DNA of 64,000 nucleotides from Eledone cirrhosa (lineage: Eukaryota). The stretch spans positions 151,962,001 through 152,026,000 of the forward strand of contig OZ024743.1 of the NCBI GenBank assembly GCA_964016885.1, given 5' to 3'. Below, piece by piece: positions 25,801-40,449 of this stretch (position 1 is its first letter; each line of letters starts with the position of its first letter). A program made the translations under genes and the position numbers. The notes under the pieces are model-generated. The model searched no databases. It worked only from the letters and a program-made list of their open reading frames with translations, and was not told the DNA's origin.

Positions 25801-26589
25801 CACACACACACATATACATATATATATATATATATTTATAGTATCTGAGAGTTTTTCTCATTGATTGATAAAAAAAATCACAATACAAACAATTTCTAAA
25901 TCAGCTACTTCTTGTTTTTCAGGACTGAAATCTCAATTCTCAATGCATAAGACAACACATAAAATATGCTATGTACCTTTTCATTCAGTGAAAAAATATA
26001 AAAACTGAGATGTTTTTTGTCAATGTAATTTACTGTTTTTGTAATAATAATAAAATATAAAAAAACAGAAAATCCTTTGATAGCTTTTGCCAAAACATCA
26101 CACACTTGGTGATTTAAAAAATTTCAAAATTGAAATAAGCAATATAAGAAATGAGGTGACACAGACAGTATGATAACAAAAACATGAACTAACATATAAG
26201 CAACATACCAGGCATACTTGTGCCACACACAAGTTGAATTTTAGAACCCTTACATGTATAATACTTTTTAAATTTCATAAGCCATAAAAACTGGAAATGA
26301 AGGAATAAACTGATCATTCCAATATACAAGCTAAAGAGAACAATTCAAACAAAGTATCAACATTTCAAATACTTTCATAAATATAACTAAGAGGGAGACA
26401 TAGAAAGAGAGAAAAAGAGAAAAAGTGAGGGAGATTATTTCTTCATTACTGGTAATGATCTCAACAGATTTGTATAACAATAATACACAAAATGGAGGAT
26501 GGGTGTATGAGAGAAAGTCAAAAGGAGACAATTCATCATCAGCAGATATATTGAATTTCTTCAGAATATGAAGAACAACAAAAGAACAG

Positions 26590-27700
26590 ATCATAAAAAA
26601 CAAATTATCTGAATTAAAGCATTTTTTCTCAACTTTAGATCTGCAGCTGCTTTCATAGCACTTTCTACAATATCATTTTCTATTGACAAAATAGCCACAG
26701 AGTTTAATCTCACTTGTGTCATGGACAACCATAAACATGTCTTTATAAGCTTCTTTCTCCTATGGCTGCTGTTATTGATATCATAAACATTATTCTGAAT
26801 GGGACCCACAGGTTTGGTATGCTATTCTGTAACTTATTACAGTTGATGAATATAACAGTGTCTATTTGAAGCTTTTTGTCTCCAGAAAATAATTCTTTTG
26901 CAATATCTAGTTCAGAGCATGCTTCTGGTCATTAATTCTAGATTTCTCTAAAAAAATGACTTAATTGTAAAATGAAAAACTTTATGACAAAAGCAAAAAA
27001 AACTATTGGTGCTGTCTGAGTAGCCAGACAATTTTCTAAAAAAAGTGTTCACTGTTGTTAATTTTCCTATGCATTATTGTCACAGAGAGTCTACGTTTAT
27101 TCTGAAAAGCTATACAGTTTATTACTAGGATGCATGTGGCCCAACCATACTGATGGGATCTGCTAATTTCTCCAGCTAGCATGCTAGATCATAGAATTAG
27201 ACATTTCTTCTGGGATAGTTTTCAAATTTTCTATAATATTTATACCCAAGTCTTCAACAACATTGCAAATGCAATCGTGATGCCTTGCTTCATGTATACA
27301 GCCATTAATTCCTTCAGGAAGTACTTTATCTTCAATTGGTTGCAGTTTATAAATTTGAAGGAATAAATGTAGGTGAAGAGTAGTGTCAAATTCTCCATAC
27401 ATGCTCAATATTCTGAAATAATTTTCACAAAATAAAAGCATTTACTAATAATGTATTTGTTGGTGTTATTTTAACAGTTGTTCAAACTAAAGATGCTAGT
27501 GTATATTTTATCATAAATGATGATTGCAAATAACAGCAAAATAAATACACTCCATAAAAACTATAAAATAATTTACTTAAATTTCAGCAGGATGTGCTGC
27601 CTAGTTTATGCATCTCTTGGTCCTGAGTATTGAAATATGGTCAATTGGTCAACACTTGCAACAAACAGAAAGACACGTGTTAAAATAAAAATGAACCTCG
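26590..27700 (-). mobile_element. Highly degraded hAT transposase remnant
   Basis: KLIKTCLWLSMTQVRLNSVAILSIENDI matches the hAT C-terminal dimerisation motif. Upstream extent approximate. Confidence 0.6.
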
Positions 27701-29849
27701 GGGGCTAAATTTCTCTTCTCCTGTTTGTTAGCCATAATTTACAATCCTTTGAGTTTACCAATCAAGACCTATCAATTGAATTTCTTTGTCCTCATCATTC
27801 ACAAAAGGTACAGTTTCTTACTATTTTATTGATCTCACAACCAAATGTATTGCTTGATAACATTTGTAATTGATGTCTCAAACCACAAATTGCCAAATTG
27901 TTGACAAAAATTGAGGATCTTGAGAAGCAATGCCTATCTGATATTTTCTCTTTTACTTTACTTGCTGAAAGTAGATGAATTTGCTTATGCCAGATTCGAG
28001 CCATCAACACCCTTTCTCACTCCCACACTCATGCAACATTTTAAAATAAATTTGAATTCACTCAAAGAATATTCACATTTCGTTTTATTTAATTTTATTT
28101 ATCATTTACACTTTTTCTTTTGTATTTTGAAGATCTAAAACAGATGATGTGCTCAGACAATATTTTCATATATCAAATCTCACTAAATTTCAATTTCTAA
28201 AGGGAAGTGATTTACTATTTCACTCTGCTCTTGACAATAAATTCTATATCCTCACATTCAAACAACATATTTCATCATTAACAAAGAAAACAATGTTATT
28301 GTTATTATGGAAACAAACTAGGCTAATTGTATCAAACTTGTAATCAGTTATTGGTTCAATAACACAACGTAGATTAAGCCTGTCACATAAACAAAATTGT
28401 TTCCTGTTTAAAAGTTTCAAATAACAGATCTAATTGTATGAATCATTTCTTCGAAAATGAAAATGCTCTTTCTAGAACCAATATGGATATGTTTTCAAAT
28501 ATATATTTTTTAATCATCTATATATTTAAAATAATAATGAAAATTAGATATTTATTTCAATTAGTCAGTTAACTTATGCCTAATTATGTTACAAATAAAG
28601 ACCTTAGACTTCCTAAAAGTAATAAACATATTCATTAATATTAGTAACACCTGGAGAACCATTAATCTAAGATTTGATATATGTCTAAAATGTATAGTTT
28701 TGTGTATATAACCTCGTTATAGCTCTCGTTTTATGTTTGGATTTCCATACTGGCATGTGTTACACAATTCTCACAGAGTTGTCCTTTATCATCTGGCACA
28801 AAACAACAGAGAAAATCAGCCATTTTTATTGTCTATGTCATGTATGTTGTTCTGACAGTGATGTGTGTTTTTTATCTCAACAACCACTTTATAGCAGGAT
28901 TAGAAATACTTTATCATGCTGCTAAAGCTAGAGACTAAAGAGTCTACTTAACCCTATGTTGACTCCATTTCTAATTTCCTTTTTGGCATGGATTTCCAAT
29001 CATGCACGTAAGCATGAATCAGAATTGGAGAAATTAATCCTACACATGATAATAACATCATATTTTATGCAGTTTGACATATTGGAGCTCGTCAAGTTAG
29101 ACTTGGCTTCTCGATTCATAGCCCAATACTCTGATATCTTATCTCCTTAACTAATAATTATGTAAACAAAGACTTAGTTATAAAACAATAAAGAATAAAC
29201 TTGGATTGTATCAGGAAGATGCTATATTGGATATACATTTTAAATTATTTCGATAAATTTTAGGAAATAACATTATCATAAGGACTGGTAACAATTACAT
29301 TGTATCCTAATTATCACAATGGAAATATCATGTTAATGTAATAACTCAATAACTCATCCAAAGAAGTAAGTCTCCTCATACTAGACTGAAACTTGGATTT
29401 CTAACATTTTAACTATACATAACAACTATGAGAAATGCAAAGATATAACTAGAAAGTATGCTAAGTTTATATTTCAGCATGTTATTAATGACTTATAAGA
29501 TATGGTGGAACATAATTTCTAATGATATTTGTACTTAAAACATTTGAAAGTAGGTAATATTGCAATTATTAAAACATGTGCAGAATTAATTGTGCAAGTT
29601 ACTGTCAACATAATAAAATTGTACTGGTAAATGAAATCATAACTATATATTCTTTATAGAGATATACCCCCAGAGATTTTTATTTGTTACACAGAAAAAT
29701 AAACACAAATTGATTTTAATATTTTCTTTCACAGAAACAGAAAGCTGAACATTTTAGATATATGTGACTCCACTGAGTGTGGAAAGAATTTCATCTTTGA
29801 ATGACCAATCAATAAAACAAAGACAAACAATATATGTATGTATATATAT

Positions 29850-30031
29850 ATTCCACTGTAAAGTGGTCGTGGAGGTGCCATGGCAAAAAAAGCACCCAGC
29901 ACTCACTGTAAATGAGGTTGGTGTTAGGAAGGGCATCCAGCTGTAGAAATCAAGCCAGAATCAGTTCCCGTCCCACCCTTGCAAGCAGGGAAAAGTGGAC
30001 GTAAAATGAAATTATGATGATGATGATGATG
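29850..30031 (+). mobile_element. 5'-truncated SINE (3785 family)
   Basis: Near-identical 3' half and (ATG)n tail. Confidence 0.9.
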
Positions 30032-30049
30032 ATATATATATATATATAA

Positions 30050-30081
<32 letters not shown>

Positions 30082-31289
30082 ATCATTGATCTTTTTATGA
30101 AATTAACTTTGGTAAGATTATATTGATTTTAGAAGATACTATATAACTAATGAAATTAGTGAGAAAAGTAAAATATAATGTAAAAACCTTTCTAAGAATT
30201 TTAATTGTTATACACACACAAACATATGTATGTATGTGCAAACATACACACCCTCCACACTTTCAGTTGCTGTGTAACTGACTAAATCAGAAAGGCTCTC
30301 CTGGACTTTTTCACAGACCTGTGATTCCGGATTACCATCTAGCATCACCTGAGTTCTGTGGATTTCCTCGATGTCCCACTAGATACTGGACTATACTACT
30401 CATACAGGAACTCCAACTAGCCCTATTCAATAACCAAAACCTGACTAAAAATGTCTTAATCCATATCTCCTGATTGTCTGTGAACAAGAAGATTTTCCAT
30501 GAGTATGCATCCAATTACAATCACACCCTTTGATGCAGTGGATTTAACCAAGACATAGATTTAGTTGAACCCCAAGGGATGATCTAGAGGCACTTCCCAC
30601 CACAGCACTGGTGCCACAGAATCTTCAATAAAAACACTGTAAAGCTATCCTAGTTAACAACAGCAAATGTAGCTCAGTCCAACCAGCCTGACAATAGAAC
30701 AAAACTGCAGGAGGAGTGCCCTCTAGAATCCAAATGCCTAAGTAACAATGTAGTATCACCACAAATGCGAGGTCACCACTAGCATGCAGAGAAAAGCATA
30801 TATAGGTATAGGTATGATGGCTGACACCTTCAAATCCCGATCCACAGAGCACGAATATTTCTTCCAACACCCAGAGCAAAATCATACAACATGCTTCTCC
30901 AGCTACCTCTGGTGATTAAGCAAAAATGGAATACCCCTACCAGCTACACTGGACTGCCACCATCAAGGCCCTACTTTAGTCATGAGGAGGAGGAGGAGGA
31001 GGGATCTGTAACATTTGCTCAGCTGAAGCACTCTGTATACTGTTCGACAAGGACACATTAATAGATAAAAAATATGAACTAATGACCAAATGTATGGACT
31101 ATTTAAAAAATTGTACCTATGCCTCAAACTAACAGAGGCTAATGAAACACACCTACAGAAGTATTGGAAACCAAACCACTCGGCATCTAAGCCCATGAAT
31201 TGTCCTGTACCTGGACTAAGCTCTACCCTACACCACTGCCCAAACCACACAACCTGAAACCACTTGGTTCCACAGTAGAGATTTTACAT

Positions 31290-33600
31290 ATATCATCATC
31301 ACCGTTGTTTAACATCTATCTTCCATGCCAGCTTGGGTTAGATGGGTTTGTCCCATTTAGAGGCAAGTTGGGTCAGGCAAAAATGGGATGTATGGAAGGG
31401 TGGGTTGGGGCATACTGTTAGTATGCTTCAGCTTGTGCCCATGGGAAGTCGGGTCTTCTGTATTACTGCATATTGCCAGAGATCTCGGTCCTGTATCATC
31501 ACCTTTGAGAGGTGCAATTGGCAAGGTCAGCTTTTATCACCTCATCCAAAGCTTTCCTGGGTCTCCCCACTCCAAGGCTTCCATCGACTTTGAGTGCTCT
31601 GCACCTTTTCAGGCATCACATGTCCATACCAACGTAATCTCCTCTCCAACACACAACATTTGATTTTTCTTATGCCTAATTATTCTCTCAGTTCATTTAT
31701 GCTTTGCCATTCTCGTATATTACTATTGCACATCCATCGGAGCATGCAAGCTTAATTTCTTTCCAATCTACAAAAGTCTTCTGCACCCAGTGCCCACGTT
31801 TCACTCCCATGTAACATTGCTGTCCATATGTATACATCATAAAGTCTGCCTTTCATTCTGAGGGAAAATGCTTCTGTAGTCAACAGTGTTAGTAGCTCCC
31901 TGAACTTCTTCCATCCCATTCTTCCTATGGCTACCATACTTTCAGAACACCTACCACTGTTCCTAATTCTCTCACCTAAGTACCAGAAACTGTCTACTGT
32001 TTCTACAGAGCCCTCCCTGAATTTGGTAGCACTTGTTTCCTGTGGTCATTTGCTGCTTATTGTTCCGGTGCAACTGCTGCATGTAAAGTCTACATTCTTA
32101 ACTAAACTTCCTGAAATACCACTATATCTCTTGTGTACCAATAGTTTGCATATGGGGCAGAGGATGGAGTTTCTACCTACACCTTTCCTACATACTGAGC
32201 AAGGCCATTTCCTCAAGGAGATCTGGGTTCTGTTTCCTCTTCTACTTACTAAGACCTTAGTCTTTGAGAGGTTGACTTTAAGACCCCTTCTTTCTAGGCT
32301 CTGCTTCAATGTTTAGAATTTCTTCTCTAATTGTACCATAGATTCAGCTATGAGTGTAAGATCATCCCCGTTCAGAAGTTCTCATGGACAGCAAAATGAT
32401 AAGAAAGAGGAGTGGGCTAAGAACAAAGCCCTGGTGGATGCCAACCTGTATGATAAATTCCTCGCTATAGTAATTGTTAATTCCGACTTTGCTGACTGCT
32501 CCTCTATACATATCTCGTACAGCCTTCACAAGCCACTCATCTACTCCTAGTTTTCTAAGAGCCCACCACATTATGTCACAAGAGATTCTGTCAAAAGCTT
32601 TCTCCAGATCTACAAATGCCAGGTAGAGCGTCTTAATCTTAGCTAGGTACTTTTCTTGTAGCTGTCTCACAAAGAAGAGGGCATCAGTGGTGCTTTTGCC
32701 TGATACAAATCCAAACTGCATCTCATCTAGATTTACCCTGTCCCTAATCAACTGTGCTATAACTCTTTCTGTTACTTTCATGAACTGGTCCATGAGTTTT
32801 ATACCTCTACAATTTCTTCTAATTAGTGCATCTCCTTTTTACCCTGTGGGGGCAAGTGCACCTTTATCATCTCAGACACAGTTCTCCCCAATGACATCGC
32901 ATTTTCTCTAACACACTGCCTCACAATCCTGAACACCTCCTGTTTCTGGTCCTCATGCTGCAAAACATGCTTGAATTTTTTATCCTCTGCTTCCCTTCTA
33001 GCTTGTCACCTAGCTTCCCTCCTGATCTCTATAAAATGCACTCTGCTTCTCCCTTACTTCCATTGTTTCCATGCCTGTCTCTTGGCCTTAATTGCTTCAC
33101 CTACTTTTTTGTTCCACCACCAAGTCACTCTCCTTCTCCCCGTAGTTTTGCTCCAACCACAGATCTGCTGTAGGTTATATTTTAGGAACTCTCAGTGCTC
33201 TTCTATATTGAATGTCTCTATCTGTTCTTTACTGTCATAAGCATCAAGTAAAATATCTCTAAATCTGTTACTGGCTGAGGGATCTTTCAGCTTCCAGATC
33301 TTTCTTCACCAGGGTGCCTTCTGTTTCAAAGTTCATCTAGCTCTGACAATGAGGTCGCTGACTACTAAGCTGTGTTGGGAGGTACATTCCTCACCTGGGA
33401 ATGCTTTCATGTTTACAATCATCTATCTATCTCATCCTCTGATAAGGATAAAATCTATCTGACCAGAATGCTCTCCAGATCTATAGGTGATCAGGTGGTT
33501 GTCATGTTTTTTTGCAGTTTGTGTTACATATCGACAGGTCATTGGTGTCATAAAAACATGTGTGCGAAAATGGTGCAAGTGTCTGTGTGTGTCTAAGTTC
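31290..33600 (-). mobile_element. Degraded RTE LINE (same PHD-insert family), internally deleted
   Basis: LITYRSG...QIDFIL (endonuclease end), QFGFVSGKSTTDA, AFVDLEKAFDR, KWPCSVC, GSETWAL; tail near 31290. Confidence 0.92.
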
Positions 33601-34229
33601 CTCAATGGATGTCGGTATATATATATAATATACATACAAACATATATATATATATCTTCTCTGGAAGATCTCATATCACTCTGGAGCCTTTATAACTCCA
33701 TCGGATATTAAGGGCCCATTACATGGCAACATAAGTTCAAGTACATAAGACACAAAGCAGTGGTGTTCACAACCCAGGAAACAGTTAATAGTACTCATCT
33801 CAAATTGCAATATAGATATATAATATATATCTCTACCTACCATGTTTTGTAAAGAAGATTATTTGTAATTCTAGAACTTTCTACTGCCAGCCTGTTCAGA
33901 ATCAATATTTCAGTAATATTTCAGTCTTTAAAAATAAGAAGTAGCTTATTTAGAAACAATATTTACCTTATAGATATTTGTATTGTGAATGAGCAGCAAT
34001 GAATAAAATAAATAAACATTTGATATCAACTGTATATCCTCAACATTATACATTGTTAGTTTATATTTTATTCTCTATATATGTATTTGTGCTACTTCGA
34101 CATGTAAATTTTGACTTTTATGAAGACAAATTTCAATGCCAATAATGTGCTGCAGCATAGGACAATGAATACATAAATCATTTCTTTTCTATTCATATAT
34201 TAGTAATTCTCAGTATTCAGTAAAAACAA

Positions 34230-34428
34230 GGGTAGTGGATTGAGAGAATAAGAAGATATTGCAATATTGTTTTGGTTCTTTACATTCTGAGTTCAAATAT
34301 CACCAGGGTCAACTTTGTCTTTCATCCTCCCGGGTATGATAAAATGAAGTACCAGACAAATACTGGGAGTAATTAATAAATTTTGCTCTACTCCCAATTT
34401 ACTGGCCATGTGCCTGAATTAGAAACTG
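34230..34428 (+). mobile_element. Degenerate Nin-like tRNA SINE
   Basis: CTGAGTTCAAAT...GTCAACTTTGTCTTTCATCCTCCCGGG..GATAAAATGAAGTACCAG. Confidence 0.7.
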
Positions 34429-34678
34429 ATTTTCAGTATAAATATAAACAACTAGATTAACAACAGTTTAACAAATATTTTCGAAACTGAAAAGGAGAAC
34501 ATGTATGCAAAGTATGTATGGCTCTGAAACCCAAAATAATTTATCTGAGATTTCCATCTTTCCAACTATTAAACAAAAGCTATGAACATTTTCCTCCAGC
34601 ATATATTTATTTGAATAACAATTTATATGTGCAACCACTTACATTAATTATCTTACTACTCTAATCAGTCATTTTCTT

Positions 34679-34975
34679 ATCATCATCATCATCACCGTTT
34701 AACATCCATTTTCCACATTAGCATGGGTTAGAGGAGCTGTCAGATGACCATGTCTTGCTCATACAGAACTGTTTGGGGCTTGGTTTCTATGGCTGGATGC
34801 CCTTCCTAATGTCAACCACATTTACAGTGTGTACTGTGTGCTTTTTGTTATGATACCTACATGACCACTTTACAGTATGGGCTGGCTCCTTTTTGTAGTC
34901 TCACCATTATGACCACTTGACAATGTGGGCTATGTGCTTTTTGTTGTGACACCTACAGAACCACTTTACAGTGGT
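34679..34975 (-). mobile_element. Older SINE with (ATG)n tail
   Basis: TTTCTATGGCTGGATGCCCTTCCTAA plus repeated CCACTTTACAGT modules. Related relics near 35540-35750, 37790-38010, 39125-39320 and 56695-57000. Confidence 0.75.
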
Positions 34976-36330
34976 CATTTATATTAATCTAATATAGAAA
35001 TTTACTTTCGGTATCCAGATGTTCATATGAAAGATATTTCTTTAGGGTTTCCAAATGTTTAATACTTTTATTAGCTAGGGTCACACATGCACATGTTTTT
35101 GCAGTGGCATCCATGGTTGTTGCAATACAGCTATGCTGCAGCTGCATATGCTAGAAACACTGATTATAAAACACGGAAGAAAATGTTCACCCTACCTAAC
35201 ACTCATTTTTATAACTTATGCTAGATGAGAAGATATAATATCATGCATATGAAAAGGTTAGAACTATTGACTTAAAACATGCTATATTCTCAATTAATCC
35301 CAAATAGTCACAAAATTGTAAAACACATTAAAACATGCTGTCATTGAAACCCAAATAATGATTTCATTTATTGGCCACAAGGGATGAACTAATGAGGTAA
35401 CATCTGTGTTACCTCATCAGCTTATTGTCCTCCAAGCTATACCTTACTATTATATAAAGGAAACACACATTGCATGTTAGACAGCTGCCTCATGCAGAGA
35501 CGAAACCAGTCAAATCACTAAGTCCTGTTTGCATGCTTTGTTTTGGCTAGGTTTCTGTGGCTGGATGCCCTTCCTAATTCCAACCACTTTAGAGCAGGTA
35601 TTGTGAGCATGGTTTCTATAGCTGCATGCCTTTCCTAACACCAACTACCTTACAGTATAAACTGGGAACATTTTAATGTGACTCTGGTAGTATTACCTTA
35701 CATGGTGTACTGGGGGCTTTTTGTCATGACACCAGCATTATCTCATTACAGGGTGTCCAATGTACTTGGTCTTGCTGGAGAGGCTTTAGTGGGGATTGGG
35801 GCTGGGGTACAGACATTGTGCTGCTGGAGGAGAGATCATGGTGGTGGCGTGGTAGCAAGTGGATGGTGTTCGATATATTGTGATGTGTGCCTAGTTTTCT
35901 CTGATGGCCTAACAGAGGTGTTTATAAACTAATTGGAGTATGTGGGTGGGTGAGAGGTGCCTGTCATTTTGGATTGGATCACAAATGACACTCAACCATG
36001 AAGGGCAGAATTGCACATTAAAAATGTTGTCATCCAAGATAAAAATTAGTATATTAATATAATCAAGTAAAAAAGGATACCCCCAACACAGTCGTTTGAT
36101 TTGCTAACAATAACAGCCAAATATTCTGACATCATACCTTGCAGTCTTGAAAAGAAAGGACTCATTGGATAATGTAGTTTTAAATATATAAAAAATAAAA
36201 GTGATGGTCACAGTCAGAACACCACTGATCATATGTTTGCTCTATCAGATGTTGATCTTAGGCAAGACAACATTAATACAATAAATGAACCAATTATCCT
36301 ATCAGGCTACACACTTTAGCTACAACACCA

Positions 36331-36586
36331 TAACCTTTCATTACCATATTTCTAATGAAATATACTGTTTTTTTCTTTTCAATAAATTTTGAAAATGTTC
36401 AATAACATGGAGGAATTTAATAATATAAATAACTTTTTCAGGATTAAACTGTTGTCTGGAACATAAAATTTCTTGCATGAAATTATGATGGGAGGATTTA
36501 AAATAAATATGAGCACTTTAGAATAAACAGTTTGATATCATAGAAACAGACGCAGTTTCAGGCGGTTTGATATAAAAAAGGGTAAC
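36331..36586. mobile_element. piggyBac-like MITE (second family; relatives near 50030-50310, 59168-59836 and 62670-62795)
   Basis: Degenerate TAACCTTTCA ... AAAGGGTAA termini and shared internal sequence. Confidence 0.55.
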
Positions 36587-37093
36587 CTATTTCTGATCAT
36601 ATGGGTGAGACTTCAATGTACACAGTTCATTTTGGTACAAAAACACCACATATAACAGAAGAGAAGACAATAACATCAACTAAATATCTCACATAGCTAA
36701 CTACAATGACTCTTCTCCAGACATCACTTTCACACTTAGTTGCCACAACCACATGGCAAACAATTCAAAAGTCTTCTCTGGCCACCTGCCTATCATCTTC
36801 ACAATATAAAAATTAACAAAACCAAATTACTTTCACACATTTTGCAAAAATCTGGTAAAATAACTTCTACCAAGAGACAGAATTACAATTTGAAAATCAC
36901 TAGCATAGACAATATACATAAACCCAACGACGTAATTGTAGAAGTTAGTTTGAAAATATAGCACACAAAGTAATATAAATAATACAACTAACTACATGTC
37001 TGAAATATCCAATGTGATAAAAACCAGCAAGTATCTCAACATAACATACCAAACTCACTCAAAACCTAACACCAATAATCTATACAAGGAAAA

Positions 37094-37652
37094 CTTAATA
37101 TATACAGGTGAATGTATATGTGTATGTTCTAGTTTGTAGGCTTTTATTTCAGGCGTAAGTAGCTGAAAGTTTGCATAGAGGCATGAATTTTCAAAGAGAA
37201 TATCATAGGTTATGTGACTTTCATAAATTTGTTCTTTTAACTTCTTGAAGAAAAACTAAGAATACTGTATACCTCCAAGTAATACCACAGACATTTGTAA
37301 AGGTTACTGATTAGAAAAATAATTAATTTAGAATGATTATGCAAATTAGTACAATATTTGAAATGAAAATTGAATGTAGAAGTACAATTTTATATTAGGT
37401 TTATTATTTGTATATTTTGTAACATTTGTAGGAAACTCAGCCATTTGATGGCTTGGAGGCAACGATTACCAGATCTTTTTAAAGCAATTTCTCTAAAATA
37501 TAGTGAATTTCAGTTACTATATTTTGTTTTAAAGCAACTTCTCTAAAATATAGTGCATTTTTAAGGCAATTTTTCAGAATATAATAAAGTCAAGTAATTA
37601 TATTTATTTTAGATATTAATAAATCTGGCAAGACTGAGCATAGTTGCTACTA
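37094..37652 (+). mobile_element. Degenerate non-autonomous Helitron-like element
   Basis: TAATATATAC-type start, GAAAGTTTGCATAG...CATAGGTTAT block, decayed GC-richer end before TGCTAC. Confidence 0.4.
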
Positions 37653-39599
37653 ATAAATATAATAAACTAAATAAAAATAGGAAATTAGTAAGCATTTAAA
37701 TCTAAGCTGTTGCAAGTATGGAAAAATAGACATTACTGATGGCAATGATGTGCTCTCTCTCTATCACCCACATCCCCAGTTCACCTTCTCTGTCTAATCC
37801 ATACTGGCATGGAAAGCTGAGCTTGACACACATACCTACACGATGTAATGAAGTATAAACACAGCTAACTATGTCAGGTGCTGGTGCTGGTGTCACAATA
37901 AAAAGCACCCAGTACACTTTGTAAACAAGTTGTACTGGTGCCACGAAAAATGCTCCCCGTCTATGCTATAAACTGGTTGGCATTAGGAATGGCATCCAGC
38001 CATAGAAACCAAACAAAAAGCAGAATTTATGAGCACGACATGGTTATCTGATATACCTGACATTAAGAACATGACAACTCATCAAACTAATGAAAATAGA
38101 TAATGGTGATTATGATGCTGCTGATGATTAACCAACATACATGAAGGAAAAATATATTACAACATGTTACAATAATGACTTCAACAAACATACCCATACT
38201 CCAACAGCCACTAAAGATCACTTGAAGAAGACAGAAACACAAATGCAAGATACACTTTGTAATGGGAGAAATTGTTTCATTCATGAATAATTTCAATTAT
38301 AGATAAACCTCGAGAATTTGGAAACTGGATAAAATTACGAGTAAACACATATGATACTATACTTTAGCCTAGCGTGTCAACTGCTAAAACTAGCAGCTAA
38401 ACTTTCTTCAATTACACCTATTATAGTGCTTTCAGACTTATTTTGTTGTAGAACCCTTATATGATTTTCCAAAAAAATAAGGAAGTTCAAAATGTTACTG
38501 GTGAAACAACTTTGTCAACTGAAAAGCCAGTAATCAGAGACCATTGTGACATTTAATACAGTTCCTTGAGGAGAATACTTAAATGGATTGTTATAAAAAA
38601 AATCACATTTTGAAAGATAAGTTTTCAAACCTATTACAGTATTTGCTTATACGTGAAATATAAAACTTAATGAACAATTAAAACATTTCAACCTCATAAC
38701 AGAGATAATTATTTTTTAAATTAATATTTTTTTTATTCTGTTGTATGTCAAATAGAAGTTCTTTCTAAGTTTTCTTTACAAAGATTGGATAATCTGTCTG
38801 CTCTTGAATTCTTGAAATTTTCTTTAAAGTTTTTAATTTGTTATATTTTAACCTAGATTAACAAAATTACTGCCTTACAGCATTTGTATCTATGCAGTTT
38901 AGTTAATTGCTTCAATCAACATTTATTTTTTCCAAATTGATGTCTCAATATAAAATAGATTACAAGAGAAACTGTACTATATAACTTCATTTACTCTGTT
39001 TATTTAGTTTTATGGCTTTTTAATATAATTTGATAGTTATTGTCATATCAATCATTGCTTAAATGTTCAATTCCCAATCTAGGAAAAATATATACAATTG
39101 TCTTGTTTTTACATGAAAATCATTCTAGTGCTGGTACTATGATAAAATGTACTTAGTAGACCCTGTAAAGTGATTGGCATTAGAAAGAGTATCCAGCTGA
39201 GAAATTATGCTACAACTGAAATGTATGTAATACTGTAGCTCTAATGAAGTAATGTCTTGGTCAGTAATAACTCTTCCAGTCCATACCTGCATGGAAAAGC
39301 AGATGTATTGTGAGGATGATGATTACTCCTTTAAAAATTAAATTTCAGTAAAACAGTATAGCCCAAATTCCATGTATATCAATAGTTATAGAAAGCTGAA
39401 AATATCTAGTGGACTAAATAATATGCTAGTCATGTGCTTAGTCAATGAGGTAGTACAAGAAGGTAACATACTCAATGACTGATGAAGCAGTATCATCAAT
39501 TGTAACAAAGACTAAGAAGATGTATTAGAGTAAAATAGCTACAGAGGCATAAAGTTGATGGACCAGGTTATAAAAGTTATTGAAGGGCCATAACAAACT

Positions 39600-39930
39600 G
39601 ATTATAAAGAGAGTAAGCGCAAGTGCAATGCAGTTTTGCTCATGCAGAATGAATGGCAGATTGCATGTCTTCAAACTGCTAGAGAGGCATGGATCTTGAA
39701 TGCAGAGAATTTGCGAAGAATTTGAGAATTGTGAATGCAGAGAACAAATGAAGGAAACATGGTCCACTGGATGTGTTGTTTAAGTGTACATGAACAATGG
39801 AGCACAAACAGGCTGAGAGAAAATGTGCCTAGAAGAGGAATCAGATGTAGTGTACAAATGAAAAAAAATACTTGTATTAGCATATAATAATATGGAGGAT
39901 ATCAGCTGCATAAGAAGCATAAGTAACTGA
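39600..39930 (+). mobile_element. Highly degraded RTE LINE 3' fragment
   Basis: Similarity to the ML.G.E.W / RL.RNE..M..WMC / RGIRC segment of the other copies. Confidence 0.6.
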
Positions 39931-40449
39931 GAGTAGATAAACAAGTGGAAGAGGGAGATGTGTACTATCAGCTATCACTCCCACCAGCCACTCATTATTC
40001 ATATCAACCACTCTCTCATGCTGGTTATTTCATTAGTCATTCCCAATATTGTCTCCCTTCCATTACTTATCCCAGCACTTTATCACTTCTATTACACCCT
40101 CTCTGTAACTCCCAACCAATCACTCTGTTTCTCTCACCATATGCTTGGGCCTTTCACATACTCATTCTAGTGCTTATCATTGCTCTCTCTCTCTTCTATT
40201 CACACTGTTCGTTATATTGCCTTGAGGCAAAATAGTGTAGCCTAGTGAGATACAAGGCCACCTAACTCGTGCTGGTGCAAAAATAAATTGTGCCCAATAC
40301 ATGCTGCAAAGTGGTTGATGAATAATTTGAGACAGTGTTAAGAGTGCTTTTCCAGTCATGACAAAGACATAACATATATATGCACATATATACACTCACA
40401 CATGCATGTATGTGTGTGTGTACGTACGTTCGCAAACATGCATATTCAC

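Noticed and set aside
33841-33891. 51-nt minus-strand exon candidate (similar one at about 60544-60610)
   Set aside because: Weak acceptor or donor; expected by chance in AT-rich DNA.
38400-39100. Possible hAT/Charlie-like remnant
   Set aside because: Too degraded; no motif I can state with confidence.
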